From: Octopus bimaculoides
Lineage: Eukaryota
Length of the DNA stretch: 64,000 nucleotides
Reading direction: 5' to 3'
Assembly (NCBI RefSeq): GCF_001194135.2
Contig: NC_068985.1
Location: 78,993,726 to 79,057,725, forward strand
The notes beneath the pieces were generated by a model. The model saw only the letters and a program-made list of their open reading frames with translations. It did no database searches and was not told the DNA's origin. This document shows positions 50,041-61,721 of this stretch, piece after piece (position 1 is the first letter of the stretch; each line of letters starts with the position of its first letter). Made by a program: the position numbers and the translations under genes.

Positions 50041-50352
50041 AACTGGCACTCCGTCGGTTACGACGATGCAGGTTCCAGTTGGTCCGGTCAACGGAACAGC
50101 CTGCTCGTGAAATGAACACTCCATAGACACGCGTACCTTTAACGTAGTCTTCAGGGAGATTCAGCGTGACGCACAATGTGACGTGGATGGCCCTTTGAAT
50201 TACAGGTACAACTACTTTTTTACAAGCTGAGCAAACGGGAGCAATGTGAAATAAAGTGCCTTGCTCAAAGAAACAACCCGTTACCAAAGATCAAATTCAC
50301 CACCTTACGATCATGAACCGAGTACCTTAACCACTAAACCACCTGCCTTCAC
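50041..50352 (-). mobile_element. Chimeric SINE: CORE-like (family C-type) 5' half with family D tail
   Basis: GCAATGTGAAATAAAGTGCCTTGCTCAAAG (rc of the family C domain) is joined to GGCACTCCGTCGGTTACGACG..CAACGGAACAGCCTGCTCGTGAAAT (tail shared with 12143-12330). Confidence 0.8.
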
Positions 50353-50611
50353 TTCCAATCCAACAGACCTATGGTCAGTGACCATGTCGATACTTAATTG
50401 AAGCATAGTGTTAGTTTCAGTAACACTAACACATATTAAATATGTTCTTTTTTCAAATCGTAAGGGTGTAATTAAAGGAGAAGGTAATGTTTGAATTTAG
50501 CGGTCCACTTTCACTTTGTCAAACCTGCATTTTGATAATCGGCCAACAACCGGGAAATAGGGTTAAATAACAACTTTGTTGTTACTGCTGGCATTGTTAT
50601 TATCGTTGTTG

Positions 50612-50805
50612 TTAATAATCCTTTCTACTACAGGAATACAAGGGCTGAAATTTTAGAAAAGGGGGCTAGTCAATCACATTGACCTCAGTTTTTCGCTGGT
50701 ATATAATTTATCGTTCCCGAAAGGATGAAAGGCAAAGTCAACCTCGGCGGAATTTGAACTCAGAACGAAATACCGCTGAGCATTTCGTCCAGCTCGCCGT
50801 CCTAT
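50612..50805 (-). mobile_element. SINE family B (duplication counterpart of the copy at 47943 or 48832)
   Basis: CCCGAAAGGATGAAAGGCAAAGTCAACCTCGGCGGAATTTGAACTCAGAACG..CCAGCTCGCCG. Confidence 0.85.
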
Positions 50806-51431
50806 CGTTGTTAATAATGGTGATGGTATTTAGGTCTAGGTCAATGCCAGTCAATCTGACTGATGGAAGACATTCCAGTTTTGACCATCCTGTTTTCTTT
50901 TAGAAGTATGTCAAGGACTTATATTATCAAACACACCCTGCCTCTTCACAAGACAGTAAGATGTGATATTTATGAACCCTGGCTGCCTCTTCTAGTAGAT
51001 TGAGTGATTATGCCCGTTACATAGTTATGTCTGTATTTTTCTGCAGAGGTGGACAAGGCGGACACTGTTAGAGTGCACCAGCTGTTTCGCCGCAGTTATC
51101 ATTTGGAACAAGCAATCGCAAACAACTGTGGATTAACCCCAGGTCTGTCCTGATCGAACAGACCTATTGTCAAGTCACTGCATCCATAACCATCCCGTCT
51201 TTTCTTTTGTGCATAAAACTACATTATGTAATATGTCTCTCCCTTTTCTGAATTCGAGCGACTACATAAAAGCATCCTCGTTAAACTTTGTTTGTGAAAC
51301 TAGGTACAAGTAAACATTGCAGAAGCTGATTGGACGGTATTTTTTGGTGAGAGAATGGGTAAACCTTTAACTTTCGCCAGATAACATTTGGCAGAGCTAC
51401 TGAAGTTATTGATACTGCTACTATTTTTAAG

Positions 51432-51575
51432 TATACATACATACATACATACATACATACATACATACATACATACATACATACATACACACGTACATAC
51501 ATACTTGCATACATGTATACATGCATTCAGACATACATACATACATACATACATACATACATACATACATACATG
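51432..51575. repeat. (CATA)n microsatellite
   Basis: Read directly. Confidence 0.95.
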
Positions 51576-51619
51576 TGTGTGTTTGTTTTTTTATGTTTGT
51601 CTAGACTAACTGGCAGGTA

Positions 51620-52250
51620 CAGTGTTTTAATACCGTTGTGTTTGGCTGCTTGGATTTTCATTAGACATGATGTGGCAACGTCTAGGAAGGCTGGAGTTTT
51701 CTGCAGAAGTAAACTGCCTGTCCAAGTGGTCTTTTATTTAAAGTAATTTTGTTTTATGGTGTAGGTGGTATGTGGGTATTGTCTGCGCGAAGCTTTTGAT
51801 GATGCGAAGTGTACAGTTTTGTGTTCTTTGTTGTTTATTGCGGAGAGAATATTCTTGATTTGTCTGGCGTAATCCATATTGGAGCTACTATATTGTTTGT
51901 ACACCACTGTTGTTTGATTGTTAACGGCTTGTGGGGTTCTGAATATTTTATATTGGTGATTATTTTTCTTCTATTTTTTTGTTTCTCAAACTGTCTCTTC
52001 TCTGTGTATTGCGAATGTTCTAAGAAATGCAGTACCTAATTCCAACAGTATTTGTCTTCTGTGTGTCTGGTCTTGTTTATGTTTTTGAGAGTAATGGCTG
52101 TTTGTATCTGACGGTCTTTGGTGTTGCTAAAGTCCAGAAGAGATGAAGAGAATTTAGACATTAGTGCACACATGTTGGGAGAAGATAGAGCAATGTTTCT
52201 CAAAGGGTAGCCGGTGAGAATTGGAACAGCAGCAGAAAAATTACCATTTA
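51620..52250 (-). mobile_element. I/Jockey-group LINE RT C-terminal fragment, heavily decayed
   Basis: Minus-strand frames give VYKQYSSSNMDYA and QRTQNCTLRIIKSFAQTIPTYHLHHKTKLL*IKDHLD, matching the YK..RS..DYA / QN.ALR.I.G..T...HLH.ET..L..HL pattern. Confidence 0.6.
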
Positions 52251-52505
52251 TAATAAAATTTAGATGGTTTCAAAGTTGTATAATTTGTCCAACACCATCT
52301 CGAAGACAAGAATTACATGGATACAAACTCTGTTCCGTCTTCTTCCTAATGAAGAGCAATAGGGCGAAATCTCCCAGGTATTTTTGTGGGGTGAGGCTAG
52401 CAATTGTCAGTTTGAGAACCACTGAATCGATTAAATTAACAACAACAAACAACTGGTCTATTATATATAAAAGTTAAAATTAATGTTGGCGGGATTTGAT
52501 TCCGA

Positions 52506-53037
52506 CAGTGGCGTAGCTAATAGGGGAGCAAGGTGGGTGACCGCTCCCCACCGAGTACATTTTTCAAAATTGGTGCCTTTTCAACAATTTCTTTTTAACT
52601 CTTTAGTTCACTTGTGCGATAAAAGTCGAATCTCTTTTTTGTTGTTTATCGCATGGTATTGGAAGAATTTTCTGGAGTCATTAATTTATTTGAACAATCT
52701 CCCGTAATTTTTAACTCTTTGCTCAATCTCCTGTGATGTGTTGGTGGCCATTGATACCTGAAGATCCAAAACAAACCCTGACGTCATAACCTCTCGACAC
52801 CAGACGATCCCCTGGAGTTTCATCTTTCTCACGTCACGCCTAGATCAGTAGTTGTAAGTTTTATACATAATGGCATTGTTACTGAAACATGAAATTAATA
52901 ATTGTAGAATACAATTATGTAAATTATAACTAATGAAATATTTCGTGTAATATAACAGAAATGAGTTAAAAATTCTTTGGTATGTGACACTGTATCGTTT
53001 TAATGTTCTCGTTCCCCCTAAATTGGCTACGCCTCTG
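52506..53037. mobile_element. hAT-type MITE
   Basis: TIRs CAGTGGCGTAGCT / GGCTACGCCTCTG; degenerate 8-bp TSD GATTCCGA / AATTCAGA (6 of 8 match). Confidence 0.8.
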
Positions 53038-53850
53038 AATTCAGAGTCACAAAATGTTCGACGTTCTATTGCCAATCTCCCATCCTAAAATCCTTATAAT
53101 GATAGGGCTGGAGAGAGCTTGTTTGAAGGGGTAGGGGTCATATCTATCATCAGACTTTTTTGAAAGCTGTCCGTAGAACCATGCCGATATTTTTACAGAA
53201 TATATAAACAAGCTGCTTTTCACCGACATCTATAGTTTGTAGTTTATTATAGAGAGATTAAAGAGAATGGTTTCCTGGTACGAATGGCATAATTCACAAT
53301 CGATTAACTTCTGCCTAAAAAGCAAAGTCATTGCGTCTATGTTTAGAAAAGGTTAAGTTGTTATTATCAAGAAAAAAAAAGGTCCACGTCCATAAAATCA
53401 CGTGCCAGAGTTCGACTGTAAAACAAGTTACGGTTTTGCTTTATGCTTTCGCATTTTCCCAAGCGTGTATAAATATATATGNNNNNNNNNNNNNNNNNNN
53501 NNNNNNNNNNNNNNNNNNNNNNNNNNNNNNNNNNNNNNNNNNNNNNNNNNNNNNNNNNNNNNNNNNNNNNNNNNNNNNNNNNNNNNNNNNNNNNNNNNNN
53601 NNNNNNNNNNNNNNNNNNNNNNNNNNNNNNNNNNNNNNNNNNNNNNNNNNNNNNNNNNNNNNNNNNNNNNNNNNNNNNNNNNNNNNNNNNNNNNNNNNNN
53701 NNNNNNNNNNNNNNNNNNNNNNNNNNNNNNNNNNNNNNNNNNNNNNNNNNNNNNNNNNNNNNNNNNNNNNNNNNNNNNNNNNNNNNNNNNNNNNNNNNNN
53801 NNNNNNNNNNNNNNNNNNNNNNNNNNNNNNNNNNNNNNNNNNNATATATA

Positions 53851-55052
53851 TTAGGTCGTCAAGTATAAAATTTGTAGTAAGGTATATAGTAAACTTTGAA
53901 AGCTGCTCATTTTGCGCGTTATAAAGTATTTATAAATCGTTTTTTGCTATTTTTGTTTAGAGGAAGATGAGTCTGAAATTCGTAAAGTTTTGAAATATGA
54001 ATTCTTTCTTGGAAATACAGCATCACAGACAACTCGGAATATTAATGGAGTATTTCATTCTAATGTTAGTACACAGCAGACAGTATGAAATTGGTTTGCA
54101 TGATTTTATTCTGGTAACTTTGATCCCATAAATGAGCTACGCGGTCGACCAGAAGCAAAGGTGGATGATGACGAACTGAAAGCCACCGTCGAGTCAGATC
54201 CACCCCAAAGTGCCTGTGAATTATCGTTGTTGTTTTGGTGTTAGGAAGCAAACAATATTGACTCATCTAGATCAAATCGGTAAAATGAAAAAGTTGCATA
54301 AGTGCGTTCTACATGAACTCAATGAAAATCAGAAACAACGTTTGGAAGCCTGCATTATGCTACTTTATCATCACAAAACTGAATCATTTTTGAATCGAAT
54401 TGTAACATGTGATGAGAAATGGGTCCAATACAACAACCGTAAGCGTTCAGCACAATGGTTGGACAAAGACGAGCCACCAAAACACAGTCCAAAAAGCAAA
54501 ATTCATCAAAAGATGCTGATGGTGTGTTTGGTGGTCAGGTACAGGTGTGATACATTATGATTTCATTAAACTTGGCTCATCAACCATGGCCGAAGTATAC
54601 TGCAGCCAACTGGACCAAGTGATGCAGAAACTTACAAAAACAGCTTAGATTAGTCAACAGATCCACTCCTATTTTATTGCAAGACAATGCCAGATCACAC
54701 ATTGCAAAAATGACATTGGCAAAACTACAAGAGCTGGATTTGGAAGTCCGCCATCATCCACCATACTCACCTGAACTTGCCCCCACTGACTACTACATCT
54801 TCCAGAATTTGGGTAACTTTTTGATAGGAAAATATTTAATTCCGACGATGCTGTAAAACAAGCCTTCCAAAATTTTATTGACTCTAGATTGCCAGGCTTT
54901 TACAGTTCCGGGCTGGACAAGCTACCACGGAAATGGTAAAAGTGTATTGACAATATGGGTGCATACTTTGATGAATAAAACTATTCCTTGTATTTATAAA
55001 ACAGCAACCTTTTTTTTCTTTTCTACAAATTTCATACTTGACCACGGCGTAA
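53851..55052 (+). mobile_element. Full-length decayed mariner (DD34D) transposon; transposase pseudo-ORF about 53963-54978
   Basis: TIRs TTAGGTCGTCAAGTATAAAATTTGTAG / CTACAAATTTCATACTTGACC..TAA flanked by TA. Motifs YEFFLG, CVLHEL (WVPHEL), IVTCDEKW, LLQDNAR and HPPYSPELAPTDY, with 34 residues between the last two Asp. Several stops and frameshifts. Confidence 0.95.
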
Positions 55053-55439
55053 TATATTATTTCAAAGCCTATTTCAAATTTCTTTTCTATATCTACAGGA
55101 GTTAATGCTCAGAGACATATGGAGGAGATTTTTTTTTGTAATTTATTTCTCTATTCTGAGTGAATAGTTTTCACCTAATTGAATTCGCGTTCACAATCAA
55201 CACTTAAGGCTTGAAAATTTGCACATATATCAAGATGCTAAGTGAGTGCATTAAAACGATCAACATTTTACATAATTTAGCCCACCACTTATTAAAAAGT
55301 TTTCAAGAACTTTAATTTTTGTCTTTTGGGGACATCAAATATTTGAATTCCTTATAAGAACTTAAGTTTTTCTTTTTCATATTTCATGAACAAAATATAT
55401 TGTGTTGTCGATATCAGTAGTACAGGAAGTTTGTTCCGA

Positions 55440-57080
55440 TGTGACGCAAGAATAATCAAATGCAGACCATGTTTCAAGATCGTTTAAATAAACAAATGTT
55501 AAAAGGTCTTTTATCTGTATGTCTTACCCTTCTGTGCCACATACAATTATATTTTGAAGGGTTTCATTCCTGCAAACAATCCCCTAAGATGTTTTCTTAT
55601 CTTACAAAATTCCCTTTCATTAGTTGTAGATTTTCAATAGAAGATTAAACTGTTTTTTGTTAGCATTTGCATTGTTCAGCTAACTCAGAAATATAATTAG
55701 TTCAGAAAATTGCAATTCAATATCATTCAGAAAATTTTCAAAGGTAGCATTTAACAATTGGATCATTATTTTCATTTTTGCCAATTTTGAAGTAATTCAG
55801 AAAGGTTTCAGAATTTCACTCTGGTGGTTTAAGTGCCGGATGCCTTGATAACCACAGCACCTCCTTAAGAATCTGCAATGATCAAGTTTCACATTGTAAC
55901 AGAAAGCTGTTGAGACTATCTTGAGATAAGGTTCTTATTTCTTTCACTTTTGGTACAGTGTTCCAAGAATCAATTGTTGCTCTATCTTCTCGGTGCGTGA
56001 CACAATTTTACTCTGTTACACAGTGGCATAGCTAGAGTGTGTGCCGGCCGGGACAGCCCTCGATTTTGCTGCTTTCCACCACGGGCTCCTAAGCATATAC
56101 AAGGCTTATAGAGGAATTCCAAAAGTACCACCCTCATAAGGGCGTCAATCAAGTCGGACCGCTCCCTCCTGCCAAGCTAAGCTCCAACCACTAGATGAGG
56201 GAAAATTCATTCACATCTAATGGCTCCTTCCATGTATTTTCCCCTTACTTTATAAACGAACCGTCTGAAGTGAACATTACCATGCTTGTATATCCATCTG
56301 ATTGATCTAACTGAAATTTTTGATCGGATTTGTAATCGATTCTGCGTAGCAAGAATCCCAAATTAAAATCCTCTAAAAATTGCCTCATAGTTTTCGTCTG
56401 CTATTTTCCTGAACTTAAAATACGTTATAAACATTTTATTAATTTTGTAATAGAAATATTTGTGCCGAATGATTAATTATCGAATTTCTGACAATTTCTG
56501 AATGAATGACGCTATTTATTGATTCTACAAACACAAATGCATAATTTTTACCTCGCCGCCAGTTACCAAGGGCACATATTCTGCCATATGATCTTAAGTA
56601 TATTGTATAGAGTTCATTGAATCACTTATTTGTATTGCAAATAGCAATTGTCTAAGAGAATCTTTACTCTATTTGCCTTGGAAGCCTTTACGTTCTTCAC
56701 TTCGGTTAATTTCTCTTTAACTGAAATTTCCTCAAAGATTAGTTTTTATGGATGAATAATCCAAAATCAAAGAATTTCGATAGCAGAAATATGTTGCTTC
56801 TATGATAAATGTCTTTACAGGCAATCCAATTTACACCCCTCATTGTATGTTTTGCCAATAGTGAACAAGTTAGAAACATTTGCTTCACTACAAATATTAT
56901 AGATTAACCCTTGACTTTCATTGTATTGGAAGATTTCTTTGAACTGAATCACTGTCAAATTCTTTTATTCTAGCGTTTCTGATTCAACTTTTGTGTTAAG
57001 CCATGCTTCTTCAAATTAAAGACAAAAAATAATAAAATTCTTTTTTCGAAGCTGTACTTTTGCGACATTCCTTCTTTCAC
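55440..57080 (-). mobile_element. hAT transposase fossil (ZNF862-like group)
   Basis: Minus-strand frames give GLIYNICSEA, KLDCL*RHL, DHMAEYV, WRRGKNYAFVFVESIN (about 56510-56560), KMFITYFKFR, MVMFTSDG (56260-56283), NCVTHRED (55989-56007) and EVLWLSR (55842-55863), in hAT domain order. Confidence 0.75.
56021..56193. mobile_element. hAT-type MITE nested in the hAT fossil
   Basis: Left TIR CAGTGGCATAGCTAG and decayed right end AGCTCCAACCACTA. It interrupts the reading frame between PHL and TE*NCVTHRE. Confidence 0.55.
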
Positions 57081-57489
57081 AATTTCCATCATTATGGGTC
57101 ATTTGACTTATGATATTATTATTATTATTATTATTATTATTGTTATTATTATACCTGTTTTATTGCTTATGATAGAAAGAAAAATATTTAGCTTATTGTG
57201 TTTACTCATGTAAAAGTAGCACTATTTTATACCTGAGTTTTAGCGGAAAAACCGGGGTAACTTTGAATATGAATGCAAGAAATTCATGTACAAAGATTTA
57301 ACACTAAATTAGAAAGAAGACGTAAGCACGGGTAAATACGGGAAATATGTTTATTGACTGTTTCAAAACTATTTAAAATAATTTACTCAAATAAAGTTTT
57401 TATAAAATTTGATTAATCTTTGCCAATTACAAAGTCAGTTTTTAAGGTCAGCTTTCTTATTCAAGTGACCGAATCCGAGATGCGCTTCA

Positions 57490-57720
57490 CGTCCCAAGAA
57501 TATCTATTCTTCCCATTACCTTTTGTAGGTCCTCAATTTCGTGATGCAAGTGATCTTCGTTTCTTGTTAGGACAAGCCTCCAAATCATAACATCTAAAAT
57601 GGCCTGTTATTCGTCACGATAGCAGTGTCCTGTAAAATCAACGTTGCATTGAGTAAAGACTGTAGAAATGCATAGAATGTGTCCAGAAATATTCTCTTTG
57701 GTCTAGTGTTCAAGTCATAA
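57490..57720 (-). mobile_element. RTE-clade LINE 3' fragment
   Basis: Minus-strand frame gives DFTGHCYRDE*QAILDVMIWRL...EIEDLQKVM (RTE FAGHC.R...DV.LW). Confidence 0.6.
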
Positions 57721-57879
57721 CATGTTTTGAACTGTTATGAGAAATTTGGTGTACGTAGCACAAAAACGCACTATTTTCATCAATTTTAACCATTGATCGC
57801 CTTCTGTCCTTATGCATCTCACGTATCAATGACTATGTATACTCTCTTAATGCGAATTAGACATTTCAGTGAAGCCAGT

Positions 57880-58650
57880 AGTATTTTATTTTACGTCACT
57901 ACTTACAACCAGAGTATACTGTAGAATCAGATATTTTGCTGCTACCTCACGAAATCGAAAACGGCGAGTATGATGAAAAAATGTAATTTTAGACTTTGTA
58001 TTTTTAGCAGACTGAGACTTCACATAGAGGCACATATGTTGGCTCAAACAGTACATACATATACAAACACAACAGACCTGATATAATGATTTGGGATAGG
58101 GAGAGAAACTGTGCATAGTTATGGAAATTAGCTGCCCAGCGGATGTTAACATAAAGCTGAAGATCGGTGAAAAAGAGAATACCTACACTGAACTATTGAC
58201 AAATCTGCAGTTACTCTATCCAGATTACAAGTAATAATCGGGGTCATGGGATATGTAAAGCACTGCCTAAATACCAATCTTGAGAAATTAGACTTCTCAA
58301 AACCAGAAAGGAGAAAGCTAATTTGAAGACTTCAGATCCAGTCCATCACTGGAACTGTGAAAACCAGTAAAACTTTCCACAAGTTATTTAAATATATGTG
58401 AGCATGTCTAGATATGCAATTATATGGATGAGAAGATATAATAAAAACAAAACATACACATCTGAACATATACATACATACATACATACATACAAAAGTA
58501 CCCTGTTGAAATTCCAGTGAAGGAGCCTTGAATCTAGGTCAGAAACCGGCTCTTTCTCTATTGGCAAGAAATCTCGAAATAAAACTGCAAAATGACATAC
58601 ATACATACGTACATACATACATACATACATACGTACATACATACATACAT
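57880..58650 (+). mobile_element. R4/Dong-clade LINE 3' end (restriction-like endonuclease + 3' UTR) ending in (CATA)n
   Basis: KHNRPDIMIWD..IVMEISCPADVNI..EKENTYTELLTNLQLLYPDYK..IIGVMG..LQIQSITGTVK (PD-(D/E)xK-type REL). The UTR ends AAAATGA-(CATA)n. Confidence 0.8.
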
Positions 58651-60279
58651 GCTTACATACAGGATTGCATATATACATATTTACGTTCGCAAGACAGTAG
58701 AGTGTGATCTGTGAGGGATTTGGCTACTATTTTTAGCAGGTCGAGGGTGCGTAGTTTTTGTATTGCAATTTATATGAAATGTAATTGATATACTCAATGT
58801 GTATGACAGCAAATGATACCCAAACCGTACTCACTAGTTTTCTTATAGGTTATTTTATTATCATACACATCCCAGTAGATAAGTTCTGATAGTTTTTTTT
58901 TTATATTTATCTAGTATTCTCCTTAGCGTGTAGTAAAATAATGACGGTAGTGAGAAAGAACTGAATAAGTTTAAAATTAGGAAAGTAAGTAGATGAAGTG
59001 ACCGAAGAGGATGACAGACGTAGAGCGTAAGAAAGACCACATAAAGCGGTGGCTGGTTTCAGAATAGACATTCGCAATAGACAATGAAGGCATGATTTTT
59101 ATAAAGATATATTACAATTAGCTTTTGAAAGTTGTATATTTCATTTTAGACTGACCAAAAGAGTTGTTCTGAGTTTTGGTTATATGGATATATATATATA
59201 TATATATANNNNNNNNNNNNNNNNNNNNNNNNNNNNNNNNNNNNNNNNNNNNNNNNNNNNNNNNNNNNNNNNNNNNNNNNNNNNNNNNNNNNNNNNNNNN
59301 NNNNNNNNNNNNNNNNNNNNNNNNNNNNNNNNNNNNNNNNNNNNNNNNNNNNNNNNNNNNNNNNNNNNNNNNNNNNNNNNNNNNNNNNNNNNNNNNNNNN
59401 NNNNNNNNNNNNNNNNNNNNNNNNNNNNNNNNNNNNNNNNNNNNNNNNNNNNNNNNNNNNNNNNNNNNNNNNNNNNNNNNNNNNNNNNNNNNNNNNNNNN
59501 NNNNNNNNNNNNNNNNNNNNNNNNNNNNNNNNNNNNNNNNNNNNNNNNNNNNNNNNNNNNNNNNNNNNNNNNNNNNNNNNNNNNNNNNNNNNNNNNNNNN
59601 NNNNNNNNNNNNNNNNNNNNNNNNNNNNNNNNNNNNNNNNNNNNNNNNNNNNNNNNNNNNNNNNNNNNNNNNNNNNNNNNNNNNNNNNNNNNNNNNNNNN
59701 NNNNNNNNNNNNNNNNNNNNNNNNNNNNNNNNNNNNNNNNNNNNNNNNNNNNNNNNNNNNNNNNNNNNNNNNNNNNNNNNNNNNNNNNNNNNNNNNNNNN
59801 NNNNNNNNNNNNNNNNNNNNNNNNNNNNNNNNNNNNNNNNNNNNNNNNNNNNNNNNNNNNNNNNNNNNNNNNNNNNNNNNNNNNNNNNNNNNNNNNNNNN
59901 NNNNNNNNNNNNNNNNNNNNNNNNNNNNNNNNNNNNNNNNNNNNNNNNNNNNNNNNNNNNNNNNNNNNNNNNNNNNNNNNNNNNNNNNNNNNNNNNNNNN
60001 NNNNNNNNNNNNNNNNNNNNNNNNNNNNNNNNNNNNNNNNNNNNNNNNNNNNNNNNNNNNNNNNNNNNNNNNNNNNNNNNNNNNNNNNNNNNNNNNNNNN
60101 NNNNNNNNNNNNNNNNNNNNNNNNNNNNNNNNNNNNNNNNNNNNNNNNNNNNNNNNNNNNNNTATATATATTCCTATATGGGATCCGGACAAAAGCTCCC
60201 TAGTACAAACAAAAGCCACACGGTTAAATTTTTCGGTTACTTTTTCGTTTTTAGAATTTTTAGTTGATTTTTTTTTTAG

Positions 60280-60490
60280 ATTACGGCCGGCCATGCTGGG
60301 GCACCATCTTGAAAAATTTTTAGCTGGCGGTATGGAACCCAGAAATTTTTTTAAGCTCGATCAAAACCACTTTTGTGATATAATTCATTATTGTTTTTCT
60401 CTTTACTTGTTGCAGTCATTAGACTGCTGCTGTGCTACGGCACTACCTTGAGGAATTTTTAGTCGATTGTATCGACCTCAAAATATTTTT
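60280..60490 (-). mobile_element. Two SINE family A-type tail fragments
   Basis: GGCCATGCTGGGGCACC and CAGTCATTAGACTGC..GGCACTACCTTGAGGAATTTTTAGTCGA. Confidence 0.6.
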
Positions 60491-60989
60491 AGATGAATTT
60501 CAACTAGCGCATGAAATTAAGTCTAGAAGGTCTCTCGACATGCTAGAAATAACAGTCAAATCTCTTGAAATGTTTTTATATGAATATATGAATAAATGTT
60601 CAGGTGATGAAAAAATGTTCAGTTCATGAATAAAATATTCATTTCATGAATATAATGTTCAGTTCATTTGAGTCTGATAGAATGTAAGTAGAATCAATTT
60701 TAATTTAATATGAGAAACAGAAAATTGAATTAATGCAATGTAAGTGTTAGAGGTATGGTACTTGTAAAGTTCAGTGGAAAGAAAAATATTAATAAATAAG
60801 TTTTGTAGTTGTTTGTGTAGAAATTAGGGCATTGGTGCCTGTAAATCACTCACCTGGAATTTTTTTGAAATAGAAAACTTGTATGTATTTCGCCGGCCAG
60901 CGGACTCTTCGCCCGCTTCTTGTTCGAGTTTGCTGTGAAGACGTTGCACGTGTGTGCTCCCATATTTTCTTCCAGTTAGTTTCTGGGTA

Positions 60990-61090
60990 CGTAGCTGTCG
61001 AAAATTAAGTACCAGTTGCGTATTGGGGTCGTTCTAATCGACTGGCTCCCGCCCCCAAAATTTCGGGCCTTGTGCCTAGAGTAGAAAAGA
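60990..61090 (+). mobile_element. SINE family B 3' half
   Basis: GTCGAAAATTAAGTACCAGTTG..TGGGGTCGTTCTAATCGACT..GGGCCTTGTGCCTAGAGTAGAAAAGAT. Confidence 0.75.
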
Positions 61091-61320
61091 TTTTGTGGAA
61101 ACAATTGCAACACAAACTTTGGTGATGTTCAACGAAAAGACAAGGATAATATATTTAGCTGATTCAAAAACTATCATAAGAAACAGCAGTTGATCTATTA
61201 TCACTTGATATCGAAGCTCTTATTGTCAAAATCTTCAACTATTTTAACATATACACATTTCATGAAACATTGATAAAAGAATGCTGTAACTTTTCCAGAG
61301 TAGAATACAGCCAGGGGTAT
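61091..61320 (+). mobile_element. Second hAT transposase fragment (different family)
   Basis: FCGNNCNTNFGDVQRKDKDNIF and AVDLLSLDIEALIVKIFNYFNIYT..KECCNFSRVEY match the hAT GDN.NTNFG / DIE.IV.KIY.YF.IYT pattern. Confidence 0.7.
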
Positions 61321-61721
61321 TTTGATGATTAAAATAAACATTATACTAAACTCCTCAGAACGTTTTTGACAAAATTGAAAACGACAGTGAATTTCTTAGA
61401 ATAGTAGTTTCAAATGAAAAGTATGAAAGTACTGATGATTGATTAAAAAATGCGTGTTTATTTTAAAATCTTGCTATTCTGTTTTACAATATCTTACACG
61501 CATATGCCTCTCAAGTAAAGAATAACTGCTTTGTACATCTGGATATGTTCCCTGTCATTCTATGCCCCTCAACCAGACTTTCAACGTTCTAAATGTCAAA
61601 GACAAATAGTACGTCTTACCAGCTAACTTCAAGAACTGCTAGGGACTGGCTTAATATAAGAAGAAAACGGGGGATTAATTGATCACGGTTTCAACTCATA
61701 TAGAAATGATTTCGACTGCTA

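Larger units (their letters stand above)
46680..51360. repeat. Ancient tandem duplication: unit 1 about 46680-49465, unit 2 about 49465-51280, start of unit 3 about 51280-51360
   Basis: Collinear anchors at 47201/49781 (TAGCTAAACACC), 47839/50493 (identical 24-mer), 49233/51045 (AGAGGTG.ACAAGG), 49500/51315 (TGGACGGTATTT.TTGGTGAG) and 49447/51258 (GCGACTACATA). Confidence 0.75.
2607..60162. other. 14 assembly gaps: 2607-3157, 10246-10799, 19413-19605, 22788-23162, 24163-24470, 33255-33600, 35037-35750, 36657-37330, 38018-38440, 39337-39801, 41770-42323, 44559-44661, 53482-53843, 59209-60162
   Basis: N runs read directly from the sequence; most abut (TA)n or (CA)n. Confidence 0.97.

Noticed and set aside
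23920-58678. YI/CV/HT-rich ORFs (e.g. 35959-37365, 40303-40686, 45229-45631)
   Set aside because: These are translations of (TA)/(TG)/(CA)/(TATG) microsatellites.
2554-60294. Long ORFs of 120-470 aa in the track that are mostly X
   Set aside because: They read through assembly N-gaps and are not evidence of genes.
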